A DNA stretch of 64,000 bases from Prevotella sp. (GTDB lineage Bacteria > Bacteroidota > Bacteroidia > Bacteroidales > Bacteroidaceae), in NCBI GenBank assembly GCA_016287755.1, contig JAEEWT010000013.1:48177-112176 (forward strand). Direction: 5' to 3'. Positions 45,850 through 56,518 of this stretch are shown one piece after another (position 1 is the stretch's first letter; each line of letters begins with the position of its first letter). A program made the position numbers and the translations under genes. The notes under the pieces are model-generated. The model ran no database searches, was not told the origin of the DNA, and was given only the letters and a program-made list of their open reading frames with translations.

Positions 45850-46884
45850 TTATTCGGGGTTATCGATCTTCGGCTCTTCCTGCTGACCTTCATTGTTCTG
45901 AGTAGTCCATCGCTTCCCTGCCCGCTTCTGCTCCATTTTCACCCTACGGGGATTCTCTCCCATCGGCTTAAGCAGCGTGCCTTCTTTGATCAGATAGCGT
46001 GCAATCGAATCGAGCATACCATTGATATAGCTTCCGCTCTTCGGCGTACTGTAGATCTTGGCCAGGTCAACGAACTCATTGATGGTTACGCTGATGGGGA
46101 TGGCGGGGAAGGTGAGCATCTCGGCAATGGCAATCTGCATGATCACCACATCCATATAGGCCAGACGAGAGAAGTCCCAGTTGCGCGAAGCATCGCTCAT
46201 ATACCGCTGATACTGGTCGGCATTCATAATTGTGGCGCGGAACAGACGACGGGCGAAATCCTTGTCCTCCTCGTCCTTATACTCCGGCAGCAGTTCCTGG
46301 TTCTTCTTGTTCTTCGGATCGAAGCGCTTGATGGTTTTAAGCACGAAGGTGTCAACCACCTCCTTGTCGTCGTTCCAATACAGACTCTTGTCCTCGAGCA
46401 GACTGCTCAGGTCGTCGTTTTCCACCACCAATGCCTTGTACAACTGGCGCCACACCTCACGGTCGGTCTCATAGGAATCATCCTGATTCTCCATGTAGTC
46501 GCGATAGATATCGCTCTGCGTAATCTGTCCGTACAACCTTCTGATGAACTCCACATCGTCATCCCACGTCTGCTTCTGCGTTTCCACGAACTCCTGCAGC
46601 ATCTTGTTTTCTTCCAGCTGCATGGCGAACTTGTTGTAAGCAAACTTGTCGGAAGGCGGTTCGGTCCCTTCGCGTTTTGCACGAGTCGTCAACACCTCAA
46701 CCTGATGGCGTGCTTCTTTCGTTACCGCTATAATCAGCAGCAACAAATAGTTATACAAATGATAGGCCTTGGATAGGCTGAACAGCAATTCCTTTTCAGC
46801 GCTGTCCATGTTCTTGTTTCCGTTTTGATAGTATGCGTAGGTTAACTGAACTATCTTTATTCGGATTAATTCTCTATTAATCAT
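45850..46884 (-). CDS. nusB: Transcription antitermination factor NusB (Bacteroidota long form)
   Basis: MINRELIRIKIVQ, WDFSRLAYMD, PISVTINEF, STPKSGSYINGMLD. Confidence 0.93.
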   Translation of the reverse strand: MINRELIRIKIVQLTYAYYQNGNKNMDSAEKELLFSLSKAYHLYNYLLLLIIAVTKEARHQVEVLTTRAKREGTEPPSDKFAYNKFAMQLEENKMLQEFVETQKQTWDDDVEFIRRLYGQITQSDIYRDYMENQDDSYETDREVWRQLYKALVVENDDLSSLLEDKSLYWNDDKEVVDTFVLKTIKRFDPKNKKNQELLPEYKDEEDKDFARRLFRATIMNADQYQRYMSDASRNWDFSRLAYMDVVIMQIAIAEMLTFPAIPISVTINEFVDLAKIYSTPKSGSYINGMLDSIARYLIKEGTLLKPMGENPRRVKMEQKRAGKRWTTQNNEGQQEEPKIDNPE

Positions 46885-47101
46885 CTTTTATTGTGTTACG
46901 TTATATACGTCGATTTATCGATGCAAAATTATACAAAATAAACATGCCATGCAAGAAAAACATCTTTTTTCTGCTTTTTTTATGAGAAAAATTGCGAGAT
47001 TGGGGAAAAAGTGATACCTTTGCACCGCTTTTCACAAAGCATGCACAAGTGTGATGGTGAATTAAGCAAATTATTAATCACTTAATTTAGAGTAACACAT
47101 T

Positions 47102-47707
47102 ATGAAAGAAATTAATGTAGCAGGTCAGAAGAGAAGCGAGACCGGTAAAAAGGCTTCTAAGTTGATGAGAAAAGAGGGTTTGGTACCCTGTAACCTCTAC
47201 GGTGAGAAAAAAGGTGAGAACGGCCTTCCCGAGGCATTGTCCTTTGCTGTTCCCATGACAGAGCTCCGCAAGGTGATCTACACCCCGCACATCTATGTCG
47301 TAAACCTGAGCATCGATGGCGCTGAGCACAAGGCTATCATCAAGGAGTTGCAGTTCCACCCCGTGAAGGACACTCTTCTTCACATCGACTTCTATGAGAT
47401 CAACGAGCAGAAGCCTATCACTATCGGTATCCCCGTGAAGCTGAACGGTTTGGCACAGGGTGTTCGCGATGGTGGTCGTCTGGCCCTTATCGTACGTAAG
47501 GTAAATGTAACAGCCAAGTACCAGGATATTCCTGAGACTCTTGACATCGATGTTACCGACCTCACCATTGGTAAGAGCATCAAGGTGGGTGACCTGAGCT
47601 TCGATGGTCTTGAGATGGCTACCAGCAAGGAGGTTGTTGTTTGCACCATCAAGGCTACACGTAAGTCTAACGCTGCTGCTCAGGCAGAAGAGGCTGCAGA
47701 GGCTTAA
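47102..47707 (+). CDS. rplY: 50S ribosomal protein L25 / Ctc
   Basis: LMRKEGLVPCNLYG, QFHPVKDTLLHIDF, GVRDGG. Confidence 0.96.
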   Translation: MKEINVAGQKRSETGKKASKLMRKEGLVPCNLYGEKKGENGLPEALSFAVPMTELRKVIYTPHIYVVNLSIDGAEHKAIIKELQFHPVKDTLLHIDFYEINEQKPITIGIPVKLNGLAQGVRDGGRLALIVRKVNVTAKYQDIPETLDIDVTDLTIGKSIKVGDLSFDGLEMATSKEVVVCTIKATRKSNAAAQAEEAAEA

Positions 47708-47737
47708 TCTCCCCCTCACTGATTAACATCAGAAGCG

Positions 47738-48382
47738 ATGGACAAGTATCTGATTGTTGGCTTAGGTAACCCTGGTGATGACTATGCGGAGACCCGCCAC
47801 AATACGGGCTATATGGTATTGGACGCTTTTGCGAAGGCGTCCAATATTGTTTTTGACGACAAACGATATGGCTACGTAGCGGAAACCATGCTGAAAGGCA
47901 GGAAGATCATCCTCCTCAAACCCACCACCTACATGAACCTCAGCGGTAATGCTGTGCGCTACTGGTTACAGAAGGAGAATATCGACCAACAGCACATGCT
48001 CGTCATCGCCGATGAGATTGCTCTTCCCTTGGGTACTGGCCGATTGAAAGCAGCTGGCAGTAATGGCGGTCATAACGGACTGGGCCATATCCAGCAGCTC
48101 ATCGGTCAGCAGTATCCGCGCCTGCGCATCGGCATTGGTAACGAGTTCATCCGCGGACATCAGGTTGACTGGGTATTGGGTAAGTACGACGAGGAGGAGA
48201 AGCAAATCCTCCAACCTGTCATCGACACGTCTATTGACATCATCAAAAGTTTTGTGCTGGCAGGTATCGACATCACCATGAACCAGTATAACCGTACTTT
48301 GAGGAAGAAGCCAGAGACAAAAAGCACTAAGCAAGAAGGAAGCGAGAACCAAATCGACAAAGGAGATGGAGGCGAGAATTGA
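47738..48382 (+). CDS. pth: Peptidyl-tRNA hydrolase
   Basis: LIVGLGNPG, TRHNTG, KPTTYMNLSG, GGHNGL, RLRIGIG. Confidence 0.97.
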   Translation: MDKYLIVGLGNPGDDYAETRHNTGYMVLDAFAKASNIVFDDKRYGYVAETMLKGRKIILLKPTTYMNLSGNAVRYWLQKENIDQQHMLVIADEIALPLGTGRLKAAGSNGGHNGLGHIQQLIGQQYPRLRIGIGNEFIRGHQVDWVLGKYDEEEKQILQPVIDTSIDIIKSFVLAGIDITMNQYNRTLRKKPETKSTKQEGSENQIDKGDGGEN

Positions 48383-48785
48383 CAAATGGCTTTGGGCCGC
48401 CCGCATTTTCAAGACACGAAGCATTGCTGCTGATGCGTGCAAGAACGGTCGTGTCACCATCAAGGGAGTGAATGTCAAGCCTTCACGACCGTTGAAAGTG
48501 GGCGAGGTGGTGGATGTCAAGAAACCACCTGTCACCTATTCCTTCAAAGTACTGAAATGCATCGAACAACGAGTAGGAGCCAAGCTGTTGCCGGAGATCT
48601 ACGAGAACGTCACCGACCCCAAGCAGTATGAGATCCTGGAGATGAGTCGCATCAGCGGATTCATCGACCGCGCCCGCGGCACCGGACGCCCTACCAAAAA
48701 GGACCGTCGTGCCATGGAGTCGTTTGTGGAGCCTGCCCTTTTCGGCTTCGACGACGACAATATGTTCGACGATGACGATCTATAA
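48366..48785 (+). CDS. hslR: S4-domain ribosome-associated heat shock protein Hsp15
   Basis: RIDKWLWAARIFKTRS, GRPTKKDRR. Confidence 0.93.
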   Translation: MEARIDKWLWAARIFKTRSIAADACKNGRVTIKGVNVKPSRPLKVGEVVDVKKPPVTYSFKVLKCIEQRVGAKLLPEIYENVTDPKQYEILEMSRISGFIDRARGTGRPTKKDRRAMESFVEPALFGFDDDNMFDDDDL

Positions 48786-48820
48786 TCATTTCGCATTCAA
48801 CATCATTCCACAATAAAGAC

Positions 48821-49390
48821 ATGACCAACATCGCTATTTTCGTATCAGGCAGCGGCAGTAACTGTGAGAACATCATCAAGTATTTCTCCTCATCTGCCGA
48901 CATCCATGTTTCCCTGGTCATCAGTAACAAGGCTGATGCCTACGCCTTGGTGCGTGCCAAGAAACTGAATGTGCCCAGTGTGGTGATTTCCAAGAAGGAA
49001 TTACAGCAGGAGGAAATCGTGATGCCACTGCTCCAACAGTACGACATCCATTTCATCGTACTGGCAGGTTTCCTGGTGATGATTCCCGATTATTTGATCC
49101 AGACATACGACCGTCGTATGATCAACCTCCACCCTGCCCTGCTTCCCAAGTATGGCGGCAAAGGCATGTGGGGTCATCATGTGCATGAAGCCATCAAGGA
49201 AGCGGGAGAGACCGAGACGGGCATGACCGTTCACTATGTCAGTAACGTATGCGACGGCGGTGAGGTAATAGCGCAGTTCAGCACACCACTTTCTCCTGAC
49301 GATACCGCCGACGATATCGCAGCCAAGGAGCATGAACTGGAGATGAAATACTTCCCCAAAGTCATTGAGGATGTGATCCGAAAGTTATAA
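48821..49390 (+). CDS. purN: Phosphoribosylglycinamide formyltransferase
   Basis: FVSGSGSN, VLAGF, INLHPALLPKYGG, TGMTVHYV. Confidence 0.96.
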   Translation: MTNIAIFVSGSGSNCENIIKYFSSSADIHVSLVISNKADAYALVRAKKLNVPSVVISKKELQQEEIVMPLLQQYDIHFIVLAGFLVMIPDYLIQTYDRRMINLHPALLPKYGGKGMWGHHVHEAIKEAGETETGMTVHYVSNVCDGGEVIAQFSTPLSPDDTADDIAAKEHELEMKYFPKVIEDVIRKL

Positions 49391-49460
49391 GCCTAGTTAC
49401 TACCAGTTATAAGGCTGATTAGTGGTCGTTATAAGGCTGGTTAGGACCACTTATCAGCCT
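49383..49460. repeat. Second copy of the AGTTATAAGGCT repeat family
   Basis: AGTTATAAGCCTAGTTA identical to 7455-7471; CCACTTATCAGCCT is the reverse complement of the internal AGGCTGATAAGTGG of the first copy; overlaps the purN stop. Confidence 0.7.
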
Positions 49461-49510
49461 TCCAGGAATCAGTTAGTAACTTTCCACGAAAAACAACATA
49501 TCTAAATAGA

Positions 49511-49538
49511 AACAGGGTGGCCACTTGGCCACCCTGTT
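49511..49538. terminator. Bidirectional hairpin terminator
   Basis: Perfect 13-bp stem AACAGGGTGGCCA / TGGCCACCCTGTT between convergent purN and the OMP gene. Confidence 0.8.
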
Positions 49539-49589
49539 CGTTTGTTATAGATTCTTGTAGTATAGTCGATATATAAGCTGTTATTATCT

Positions 49590-52500
49590 TTATCTTCCGC
49601 CGCCGAAGCCACCGAAGCCACCGCCCATCGGACGTCCACCTCCGAAGCCTCCGCCGCCCATCGGACGACCACCACCGGCTGGTCTGCCACCGCCCATACC
49701 TCCAGGAGGCATACCACCAGGCATCATACCGGGCATCATACCGCCCATACCGCGCATCATCTGACGAGCCTGACGACCGCCGAATGCATTGATACGGTAG
49801 ATCAGATGAACCATAGCATAGCTGTTGATGCTGTTGTACTCAGTATCTGAACGCTGCATAGCTGTGATAGAACGACTGAAGTTACTCATCTCGTGCAGGA
49901 TGTCATAGAACTGGAGAGATACAGTAAGTGCATTACCCTTCAGGAAGCCCTGAGAGATCTGAGCATTCCATATCAGCTCGTTGGTGTTCATAGAGTTGTC
50001 GTTGTAACCTCTACGGCTCTGGTTATGCAAGTCGGTTGACAGACTGGTTCCCCAAGGAGCGAAGATGTTAATGCTACCACCATAAGAGAACTGCCATGTA
50101 TCGAGGTCGCTTGCGCTCTGCAACTTGTTGCGTGCATGTGTGTAGTTAACATTACCGTCGACTGCAATCTCGAACCAGTCCTTACGGTAGCTGGCCTGCA
50201 GACGCTCCATGATCATGGAGTTCTTTGTAGTATTCTTCAAAGATTGCTTTACCTTGTTGTCGAACAGGTAACCTACGTTGTTGCTGTGGTTCACCATGGT
50301 GAAGGTGTTCACGTTCCACACACCGGCGCTGTCGATGGCAGTATTGAACATAAAGCCTAAGCTACCATTCCAGTTACCGTTGATATTCTCAGGACGTGTA
50401 GTCTGTCCACCAGTCGTTGTATCGTATGTCACCATGTTCGAGATGGAGTTACGGGTATTGCTGAAGTTACCGAACAGCATCACGGTGCGCATGTGATCCT
50501 GCATGAATGTGTTGTAGTTCACCTGCAGGTTATTGGTAAACGAAGGCTTCAAGCCAGGGTTACCCTTGGTGATGTTCAGCGGGTTGCTGTCATCGGTGAT
50601 ATCAAGCAGGTCGCTCATCTGCGGCTGCTGGGTTGTTCCACGATAGGTCAACTGCAACTGTGTTGTATAGTTCGGACGATAACGGAAGTCGATCGTCGGA
50701 GTTACGTTGAACACGGTACGTGCAGTGTCCGTATATACATGCTGATAGTTCTGGATGAACTTCGAGCGCTGCGGCTGGAACATCAAACCAGCATTGAACT
50801 GGTAGTTGTCGCGGATCTTGCGGTACACCACGTTGAACTCATGGATGTAGTTCTTATATTCAGAGAAACGGCTCAGGCCATCCTCGTAGTACTCAGGAGC
50901 GAAGGGGTTCGACACGTGAGAGAAATAGTTATCGAATCCACCATATACCGGTTTGATAGCGCTAGTATAGAAATCAGGAACCCTACTATAGTCATAGGTA
51001 GAGCGGTCGCTCTTGTTATAGCTATATCTGAACTGATAGCTGAACTGCAGGTAGGTACGATCGGCGATCGGCTCACTATAGGTAACCTGTCCTGAATAGT
51101 TCCAGTTCTTGGTAGGAGTAAGGTTATAGCGGTTTGTATAATAAGTAGAGTCGCCTGATGCAACCTTATACTGATGGAGGATTACCTCAGAGAGTGACAA
51201 ACTCTTGCTGTCCTGGTCGCCATAGCTAACATTACCTATTACTGTAATATTTCTACCGTTATCGCTCAGTCGGCGGTTCACCTGCAGCATGGCACTGGCA
51301 TTGGTGTTATCATTATTGCTCAGAGAGCTGCTCTCCTGGTGGTTCACCACGAGGTTATCGGCTGCCAGCTGTGCAATGGAAGCCTGATCGAACGGATCGG
51401 CTACATAAAGATAGGGATCTTCCTTGAACGACAGAGAGCTACCTGTGCTGGTGTTGTCGCTCTTGGTAATTCGCAAGTTAGGACGGAACATGATGTTCCA
51501 GTAATCATCCGGTCTCCACTCCAAACGCATCTGGAAGTTATAGTTGTTAGAACGACTGAAGCTCTGGTTGAGTCGGTTTTGGAACAAGGATGTACCGAAG
51601 CTCTCGGTAGAGCTCTTCGACCATGTATCGCCGTCGCTGTGGTTCCAACGTGCACTGGCATCCAGTTCCAACTTTTCGTCGTTGCTGGCATAGTTGTAGT
51701 TCAAACCAGTCATCTTATTGGCTGTAAGACCACTCATACCGCCAAAGCGGGCACCACCGCCACCGCCGGGGAATCCCATGTTATTGGTGTTGTTGGCGTT
51801 GAACATACCAGTGAGTCGCATATTGCTGTTCTGGTAAGAACCCATGATACGACTTGAATAGCGATCCTTCGTACCAATACCGATATCGGCATTACCGAAG
51901 AAACCTTTGTTCATACCTGGCTTAATACCGAAGTCGAGCACAGTCTCCTCATTACCGTCCTGAATACCAGTAACACGTGCCAGGTCACTCTGCTGATCAT
52001 AAGCACGGATATTATTGATAATGTACGTAGGCAGGTTCTTCAATGCAGTCTCGGTATCACCGGTCATGAACTCCCTACCGTCAACGAGGATCTTACGCAC
52101 CTGCTTACCATTGATGGTAATCTTACCATCATCGTCCACCTGTGCACCCGGCAACTTCTTCACCAGTTCCTCAGCAACGCTTCCCTCTGGGGTACGGTAG
52201 GCAGCTGCATTGTAAATAAAGGTGTCTTTCTTGACGGTCACCTTTGCTGCCTGACCGGTAACGGTTGTTCCTTTCAGCATGATGGCATCGGCATTGAACA
52301 CGATTTGACCAAGGGCGGTATCCTTTCCGTCCTTGATATCAAGGTTCTTCGTGTAAGTCTTATAGCCAACACTACTGATTTTGACGATGTACTTGCCGTC
52401 TTCCGGGGCTGTCATACTGAACGTTCCATCTTCTGCGGAAAGTGTACCAGCCACGAAGGTACTGTCTGTTTTCAACAACTGGACCGTAACTTGCATCACG

Positions 52501-52607
52501 GCCTCTTTCGTATCACGATCGATAATTTCGCCCGTAATTTTTCGATCTTGGGCATAAGAGAATGCTGATATCGTCATCAGCATAAACAATAATAATGCTT
52601 TTTTCAT
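49590..52607 (-). CDS. Outer-membrane beta-barrel protein (carboxypeptidase-regulatory-like N-domain, TonB-dependent-receptor-like)
   Basis: 1005 aa; signal peptide, ISSVGYKT, LVKKLPGAQVDDDGKITING, ILVDGREF, Gly/Met-rich tail. Confidence 0.85.
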   Translation of the reverse strand: MKKALLLFMLMTISAFSYAQDRKITGEIIDRDTKEAVMQVTVQLLKTDSTFVAGTLSAEDGTFSMTAPEDGKYIVKISSVGYKTYTKNLDIKDGKDTALGQIVFNADAIMLKGTTVTGQAAKVTVKKDTFIYNAAAYRTPEGSVAEELVKKLPGAQVDDDGKITINGKQVRKILVDGREFMTGDTETALKNLPTYIINNIRAYDQQSDLARVTGIQDGNEETVLDFGIKPGMNKGFFGNADIGIGTKDRYSSRIMGSYQNSNMRLTGMFNANNTNNMGFPGGGGGARFGGMSGLTANKMTGLNYNYASNDEKLELDASARWNHSDGDTWSKSSTESFGTSLFQNRLNQSFSRSNNYNFQMRLEWRPDDYWNIMFRPNLRITKSDNTSTGSSLSFKEDPYLYVADPFDQASIAQLAADNLVVNHQESSSLSNNDNTNASAMLQVNRRLSDNGRNITVIGNVSYGDQDSKSLSLSEVILHQYKVASGDSTYYTNRYNLTPTKNWNYSGQVTYSEPIADRTYLQFSYQFRYSYNKSDRSTYDYSRVPDFYTSAIKPVYGGFDNYFSHVSNPFAPEYYEDGLSRFSEYKNYIHEFNVVYRKIRDNYQFNAGLMFQPQRSKFIQNYQHVYTDTARTVFNVTPTIDFRYRPNYTTQLQLTYRGTTQQPQMSDLLDITDDSNPLNITKGNPGLKPSFTNNLQVNYNTFMQDHMRTVMLFGNFSNTRNSISNMVTYDTTTGGQTTRPENINGNWNGSLGFMFNTAIDSAGVWNVNTFTMVNHSNNVGYLFDNKVKQSLKNTTKNSMIMERLQASYRKDWFEIAVDGNVNYTHARNKLQSASDLDTWQFSYGGSINIFAPWGTSLSTDLHNQSRRGYNDNSMNTNELIWNAQISQGFLKGNALTVSLQFYDILHEMSNFSRSITAMQRSDTEYNSINSYAMVHLIYRINAFGGRQARQMMRGMGGMMPGMMPGGMPPGGMGGGRPAGGGRPMGGGGFGGGRPMGGGFGGFGGGR

Positions 52608-52756
52608 GAATAGTATAATTGATTTTTTGCTTTGTTTGACGAAAAAGAAGCAAAGAGGTTTAATAGAGATTAAATAAAAAAAAACAAAATTCTTGCATTT
52701 TCGCTGAACTATTAGTACTTTTGTAAACTAAAAAGAACAAATTCTTAACAATTCGT

Positions 52757-53818
52757 ATGAAACAGAGAGTGATTATATCGCAGAACATTGAGGAAGAGTT
52801 GGCCATGGCCATTGCCGAATGTGAGCACGATAAGATATTTGTGCTGACCGATGAGAACACGGCAAAATGCTGCTGGCCCGTAATCCAGTCGTTCCTTTGT
52901 CTGAAAGGAGCGAAACTCATTACCATCCCTGCCTCTGATACGCATAAGGATATAGACAGTATGGCACAGGTGTGGACGGCCTTAGGACAGGGCGGAGCCA
53001 CACGTCACTCTTTGCTCATCAACTTAGGTGGCGGAATGGTAACCGACTTAGGTGGCTTCGCAGCTTCCACCTTCAAGCGGGGCATCAACTTCATCAATAT
53101 CCCCACCACCCTGCTCGCAATGGTTGACGCCAGTGTGGGCGGTAAGACGGGCATTAACTTCAACGGATTGAAGAATGAGATCGGTGTGTTCAACGAGTCG
53201 AAGTATGTCATTCTCGACACCTGTTTCCTCAACACACTCGACCATGAGAACCTCCTTTCAGGCTATGCTGAGATGCTGAAGCATAGTTTGATTGCCAACG
53301 AGAAGATGTGGGCAGAGCATGTTCGTTTCGACTGGCACAGTAGTAACCTCTCACTTCTTACCTCCCAGCTCTCACCTCTTGTAAAGATGAGCGTGGAGGT
53401 GAAGGAACGAATCGTGACCGAAGATCCGTTGGAAAAAGGTATCCGCAAGGCACTGAACGTGGGACATACCGTAGGTCACGCCTTTGAATCATTCGCCATG
53501 AAAACGGGCAGACCCATCCTTCATGGATATGCTGTTGCCTATGGCATCATCTGTGAGCTGTATCTATCGGTAACCAAGACCGGGTTCCCAGTGGATCAGA
53601 TGCGCCAAACGGTCAGCTTCATCCGCGAACACTACGGCACCTTCGATATTACATGCGACGATTATGATCAGTTGATTGAGCTGATGACGCACGACAAAAA
53701 GAACACTTCGGGCATCATCAACTTCACGTTATTGGGCGGCATTGGAGACATCCGCATCAATCAGACCGCCACGGCTGAAGAGATCAAGGAAGCACTTGAC
53801 TTCTACAGAGAGGGATAA
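52757..53818 (+). CDS. aroB: 3-dehydroquinate synthase
   Basis: NLGGGMVTDLGGF, PTTLLAMVDASVGGKTG, GYAEMLKH, LNVGHTVGHAFE. Confidence 0.97.
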   Translation: MKQRVIISQNIEEELAMAIAECEHDKIFVLTDENTAKCCWPVIQSFLCLKGAKLITIPASDTHKDIDSMAQVWTALGQGGATRHSLLINLGGGMVTDLGGFAASTFKRGINFINIPTTLLAMVDASVGGKTGINFNGLKNEIGVFNESKYVILDTCFLNTLDHENLLSGYAEMLKHSLIANEKMWAEHVRFDWHSSNLSLLTSQLSPLVKMSVEVKERIVTEDPLEKGIRKALNVGHTVGHAFESFAMKTGRPILHGYAVAYGIICELYLSVTKTGFPVDQMRQTVSFIREHYGTFDITCDDYDQLIELMTHDKKNTSGIINFTLLGGIGDIRINQTATAEEIKEALDFYREG

Positions 53819-54800
53819 GACGTTCAATCAAACGGGACAGCGCGTAACGATCCAAGCTGTCCTCATCCACCCAAACATACGTATCTGGCAGGGAGGGACG
53901 TTCGGTTGTCTCCCACAGATAGCAATCAGCCAACAGGATACGGTGCGTGAGCACATGCTTCACGTTCTGGCACACCAGTTTCAGTTCCCCTTCAGGAACC
54001 GACAGCTGCACCTGTTCCATATCCACCGGCTCCCATAGTCCTTGCCAGATATCCCCTGCCTCACGACGATGGATGGCGGTCTGACCCTTACACCTTATAT
54101 ATAAATACGTGAGGTGTCGCGTCTGGATTTTCAGTGTGCGCTTCTTCACCGGCAACTGCTCCACCTTTCCTGTACGCAAGGCCTCACAGGTCTCGGTCAG
54201 CGGACAAGTCATGCAACGTGGTGAAGAGGGTGTACACTGCATCGCACCGAAGTCCATCAAGGCCTGATTGAAGGCAGAAGCCTCATCCTTGGGCAACAGT
54301 TCCTGTGCCAAGGAGGTGAAGACCTTCTTTCCCTCTGTGGTATTGATGGGCGTATCCATCCCGAAATAGCGAGCCAGCACACGATACACATTCCCATCCA
54401 CAGCAGCGACCGGTAAGCCGAAAGCAATCGATCCGATGGCAGCCGCGGTATAGTCGCCCACCCCTTTCAGACGTTTGATTCCTTCCAAGGTATCAGGGAA
54501 ACGACCCGCTTCCACAATCTGCTTGGCAGCCTTATGCAAGTTTCGGGCCCTACTGTAGTAACCCAGTCCTTGCCACAGGCGTAATACCTCATCCTCACTG
54601 GCAGCAGCCAACGCCTCCACCGTCGGGAACCTTTCCATGAAACGTTCCCAATAGGCGGTACCTTGCTGAATGCGCGTCTGCTGAAGAATAATCTCACTCA
54701 GCCAGATGGCATAGGGGTCGTTGGTTTCCCGCCAAGGCAAATTGCGCCGGTTCTCAGAGAACCAGCGCAATATTGTTATAGTGAAAGGATGATAAGTCAT
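53784..54800 (-). CDS. mutY: A/G-specific adenine glycosylase
   Basis: LPWR, WLSEIILQQT, WQGLGYYSRARNL, VDGNVYRV, CTPSSPRCMTCPLTETC Fe-S motif. Confidence 0.96.
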   Translation of the reverse strand: MTYHPFTITILRWFSENRRNLPWRETNDPYAIWLSEIILQQTRIQQGTAYWERFMERFPTVEALAAASEDEVLRLWQGLGYYSRARNLHKAAKQIVEAGRFPDTLEGIKRLKGVGDYTAAAIGSIAFGLPVAAVDGNVYRVLARYFGMDTPINTTEGKKVFTSLAQELLPKDEASAFNQALMDFGAMQCTPSSPRCMTCPLTETCEALRTGKVEQLPVKKRTLKIQTRHLTYLYIRCKGQTAIHRREAGDIWQGLWEPVDMEQVQLSVPEGELKLVCQNVKHVLTHRILLADCYLWETTERPSLPDTYVWVDEDSLDRYALSRLIERLIPLCRSQVLP

Positions 54801-54809
54801 GTATTCCTT

Positions 54810-56315
54810 TTATAGCAAACCGGATTTTCCGACGAAGTACATCAAGCCGTAGCCGAGAACCATACTGATGATACCTACGATCACACCAATCTTCACCATA
54901 TCCTTCTGCTGCACGAGATTCGTGGAGAAAGCCAAGGCATTCGGCGGTGTACTCACGGGGAGGATCATCGCACTTGAAGCTGCGATGGCCACACCGATCA
55001 ATACAGTAGGAGTACCACCGATGGCAGCCAGTTTGTCGCCCATGGCCGAACATACCACGGCGAGGATGGGCATAAGCAGTGCGGCTGTTGCCGAGTTACT
55101 GATGAAGTTCGACAAGATGTAGCAGATAACACCGGAGATGACCAAGATCAGGAACGGCGAGAAGTCACCAAAGGGAATCGTCTTCACGGCATTCTCTGCC
55201 AGACCCGAGGCGTTCAGTCCGTAGCCGAGGGCGAAACCACCGGCCACCATCCAGAGCACACTCCAGTTGATTTCCTCAAGGTCGTATTTGGTAAGCACAC
55301 CCGTCATGGCGAACACGCCCACAGGAATAAGTGCCACTGTATTACTGTTAATACCTGTAATACTATCTGTGAGCCAGAGCAGGACCGTAATGATGAAGGT
55401 AATAATCACGATGGTAGTATTCTTTCCCTTCTTCATCTCGCCCTCGATCTCCAGATCAACGGTCTTTTGTGAGAACGGGAAGATCGTCTTGAGCAGTCCC
55501 CAGCTGATGAACAACAGGACAGCCACCAGTGGCACCATGATCAGCATCCACTCACCGAAACCCAGTCCGAGGTTCAGTCCGTCGGGATCATTCAAGTACT
55601 TCAAAGCAATATTGTTCGGTGGTGTACCGATGGGAGTACCCATTCCACCAAGGTTTGCAGCCACGGGGATGGACAGTGCCAGGGCGATACGTCCTTTTCC
55701 TTCGGGTGGCAGCTGCTTGAATACAGGCGTAAGGAAAGCCAGCATCATAGCCGCCGTGGCGGTGTTACTGACGAACATGGAGAACAGACCTGTTACGAGG
55801 ATGAAGCCCAGGAGTACATTCTCGCTCTTCCTACCGAAAGGCTTCAGCAACGCTTTTGCCAGATAAGCATCCAAGCCGGTCTTGGCAGCAGCAATGGCCA
55901 ATACGAAGCCACCAATGAAAAGCATAATGACAGGATCGGCGAACGAAGCCATGATACTCTTGTGCGACAGGGGAGTACCTACATTGTCGCCCGTCATCAT
56001 GAACTTGATACCACTGTCGGAAGTGCACAGCAACATCAGTACGATGATGCCCAATGAGGTTGCCCACGACGAAACCACCTCCATTACCCACATCAGTGTG
56101 GCGAAGGCGAAGATGGCAATGATTCGCTGCTGGATAACGGTCAGACCATCAATACCATAGAACGATGCAGGCACGTTCCACAAAAACAGGGTTACGATGG
56201 TTACGATAAGTGCCTTGGCGAACTTTTTCTCAACGGTGTTGGGATGATACTTGTGGTCGTGGTGTGCCTGATGGTACGCCTCCACAAGATGGAATCCATG
56301 AAAACTCTTAAACAT
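54810..56315 (-). CDS. SLC13/DASS family di-/tricarboxylate or sulfate transporter
   Basis: SMFVSNTATAAM, GTPIGTPPN, SNFISNSATA, LPVSTPPNA. Confidence 0.92.
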   Translation of the reverse strand: MFKSFHGFHLVEAYHQAHHDHKYHPNTVEKKFAKALIVTIVTLFLWNVPASFYGIDGLTVIQQRIIAIFAFATLMWVMEVVSSWATSLGIIVLMLLCTSDSGIKFMMTGDNVGTPLSHKSIMASFADPVIMLFIGGFVLAIAAAKTGLDAYLAKALLKPFGRKSENVLLGFILVTGLFSMFVSNTATAAMMLAFLTPVFKQLPPEGKGRIALALSIPVAANLGGMGTPIGTPPNNIALKYLNDPDGLNLGLGFGEWMLIMVPLVAVLLFISWGLLKTIFPFSQKTVDLEIEGEMKKGKNTTIVIITFIITVLLWLTDSITGINSNTVALIPVGVFAMTGVLTKYDLEEINWSVLWMVAGGFALGYGLNASGLAENAVKTIPFGDFSPFLILVISGVICYILSNFISNSATAALLMPILAVVCSAMGDKLAAIGGTPTVLIGVAIAASSAMILPVSTPPNALAFSTNLVQQKDMVKIGVIVGIISMVLGYGLMYFVGKSGLL

Positions 56316-56518
56316 GACGTTTTAAAATGTATAATTGATACCTATATGATTTTACAGGATTGAAAACAGCGGCAAAGGTACAAATTATCTTTGATTCGGA
56401 AAAACGAAACCGAAGGTTTTGCAATCGTTTTCCATCTATAATTCTTGCATTTTTCTTTTGTTGGGATTAACCCACTTCCTTTTGCAAACTCGGGTTATCA
56501 GAATGGGGTATTATCCTG

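Noticed and set aside
53784-53818. 35-bp convergent overlap of aroB and mutY
   Set aside because: Short tail-to-tail overlaps are common and both frames are intact.
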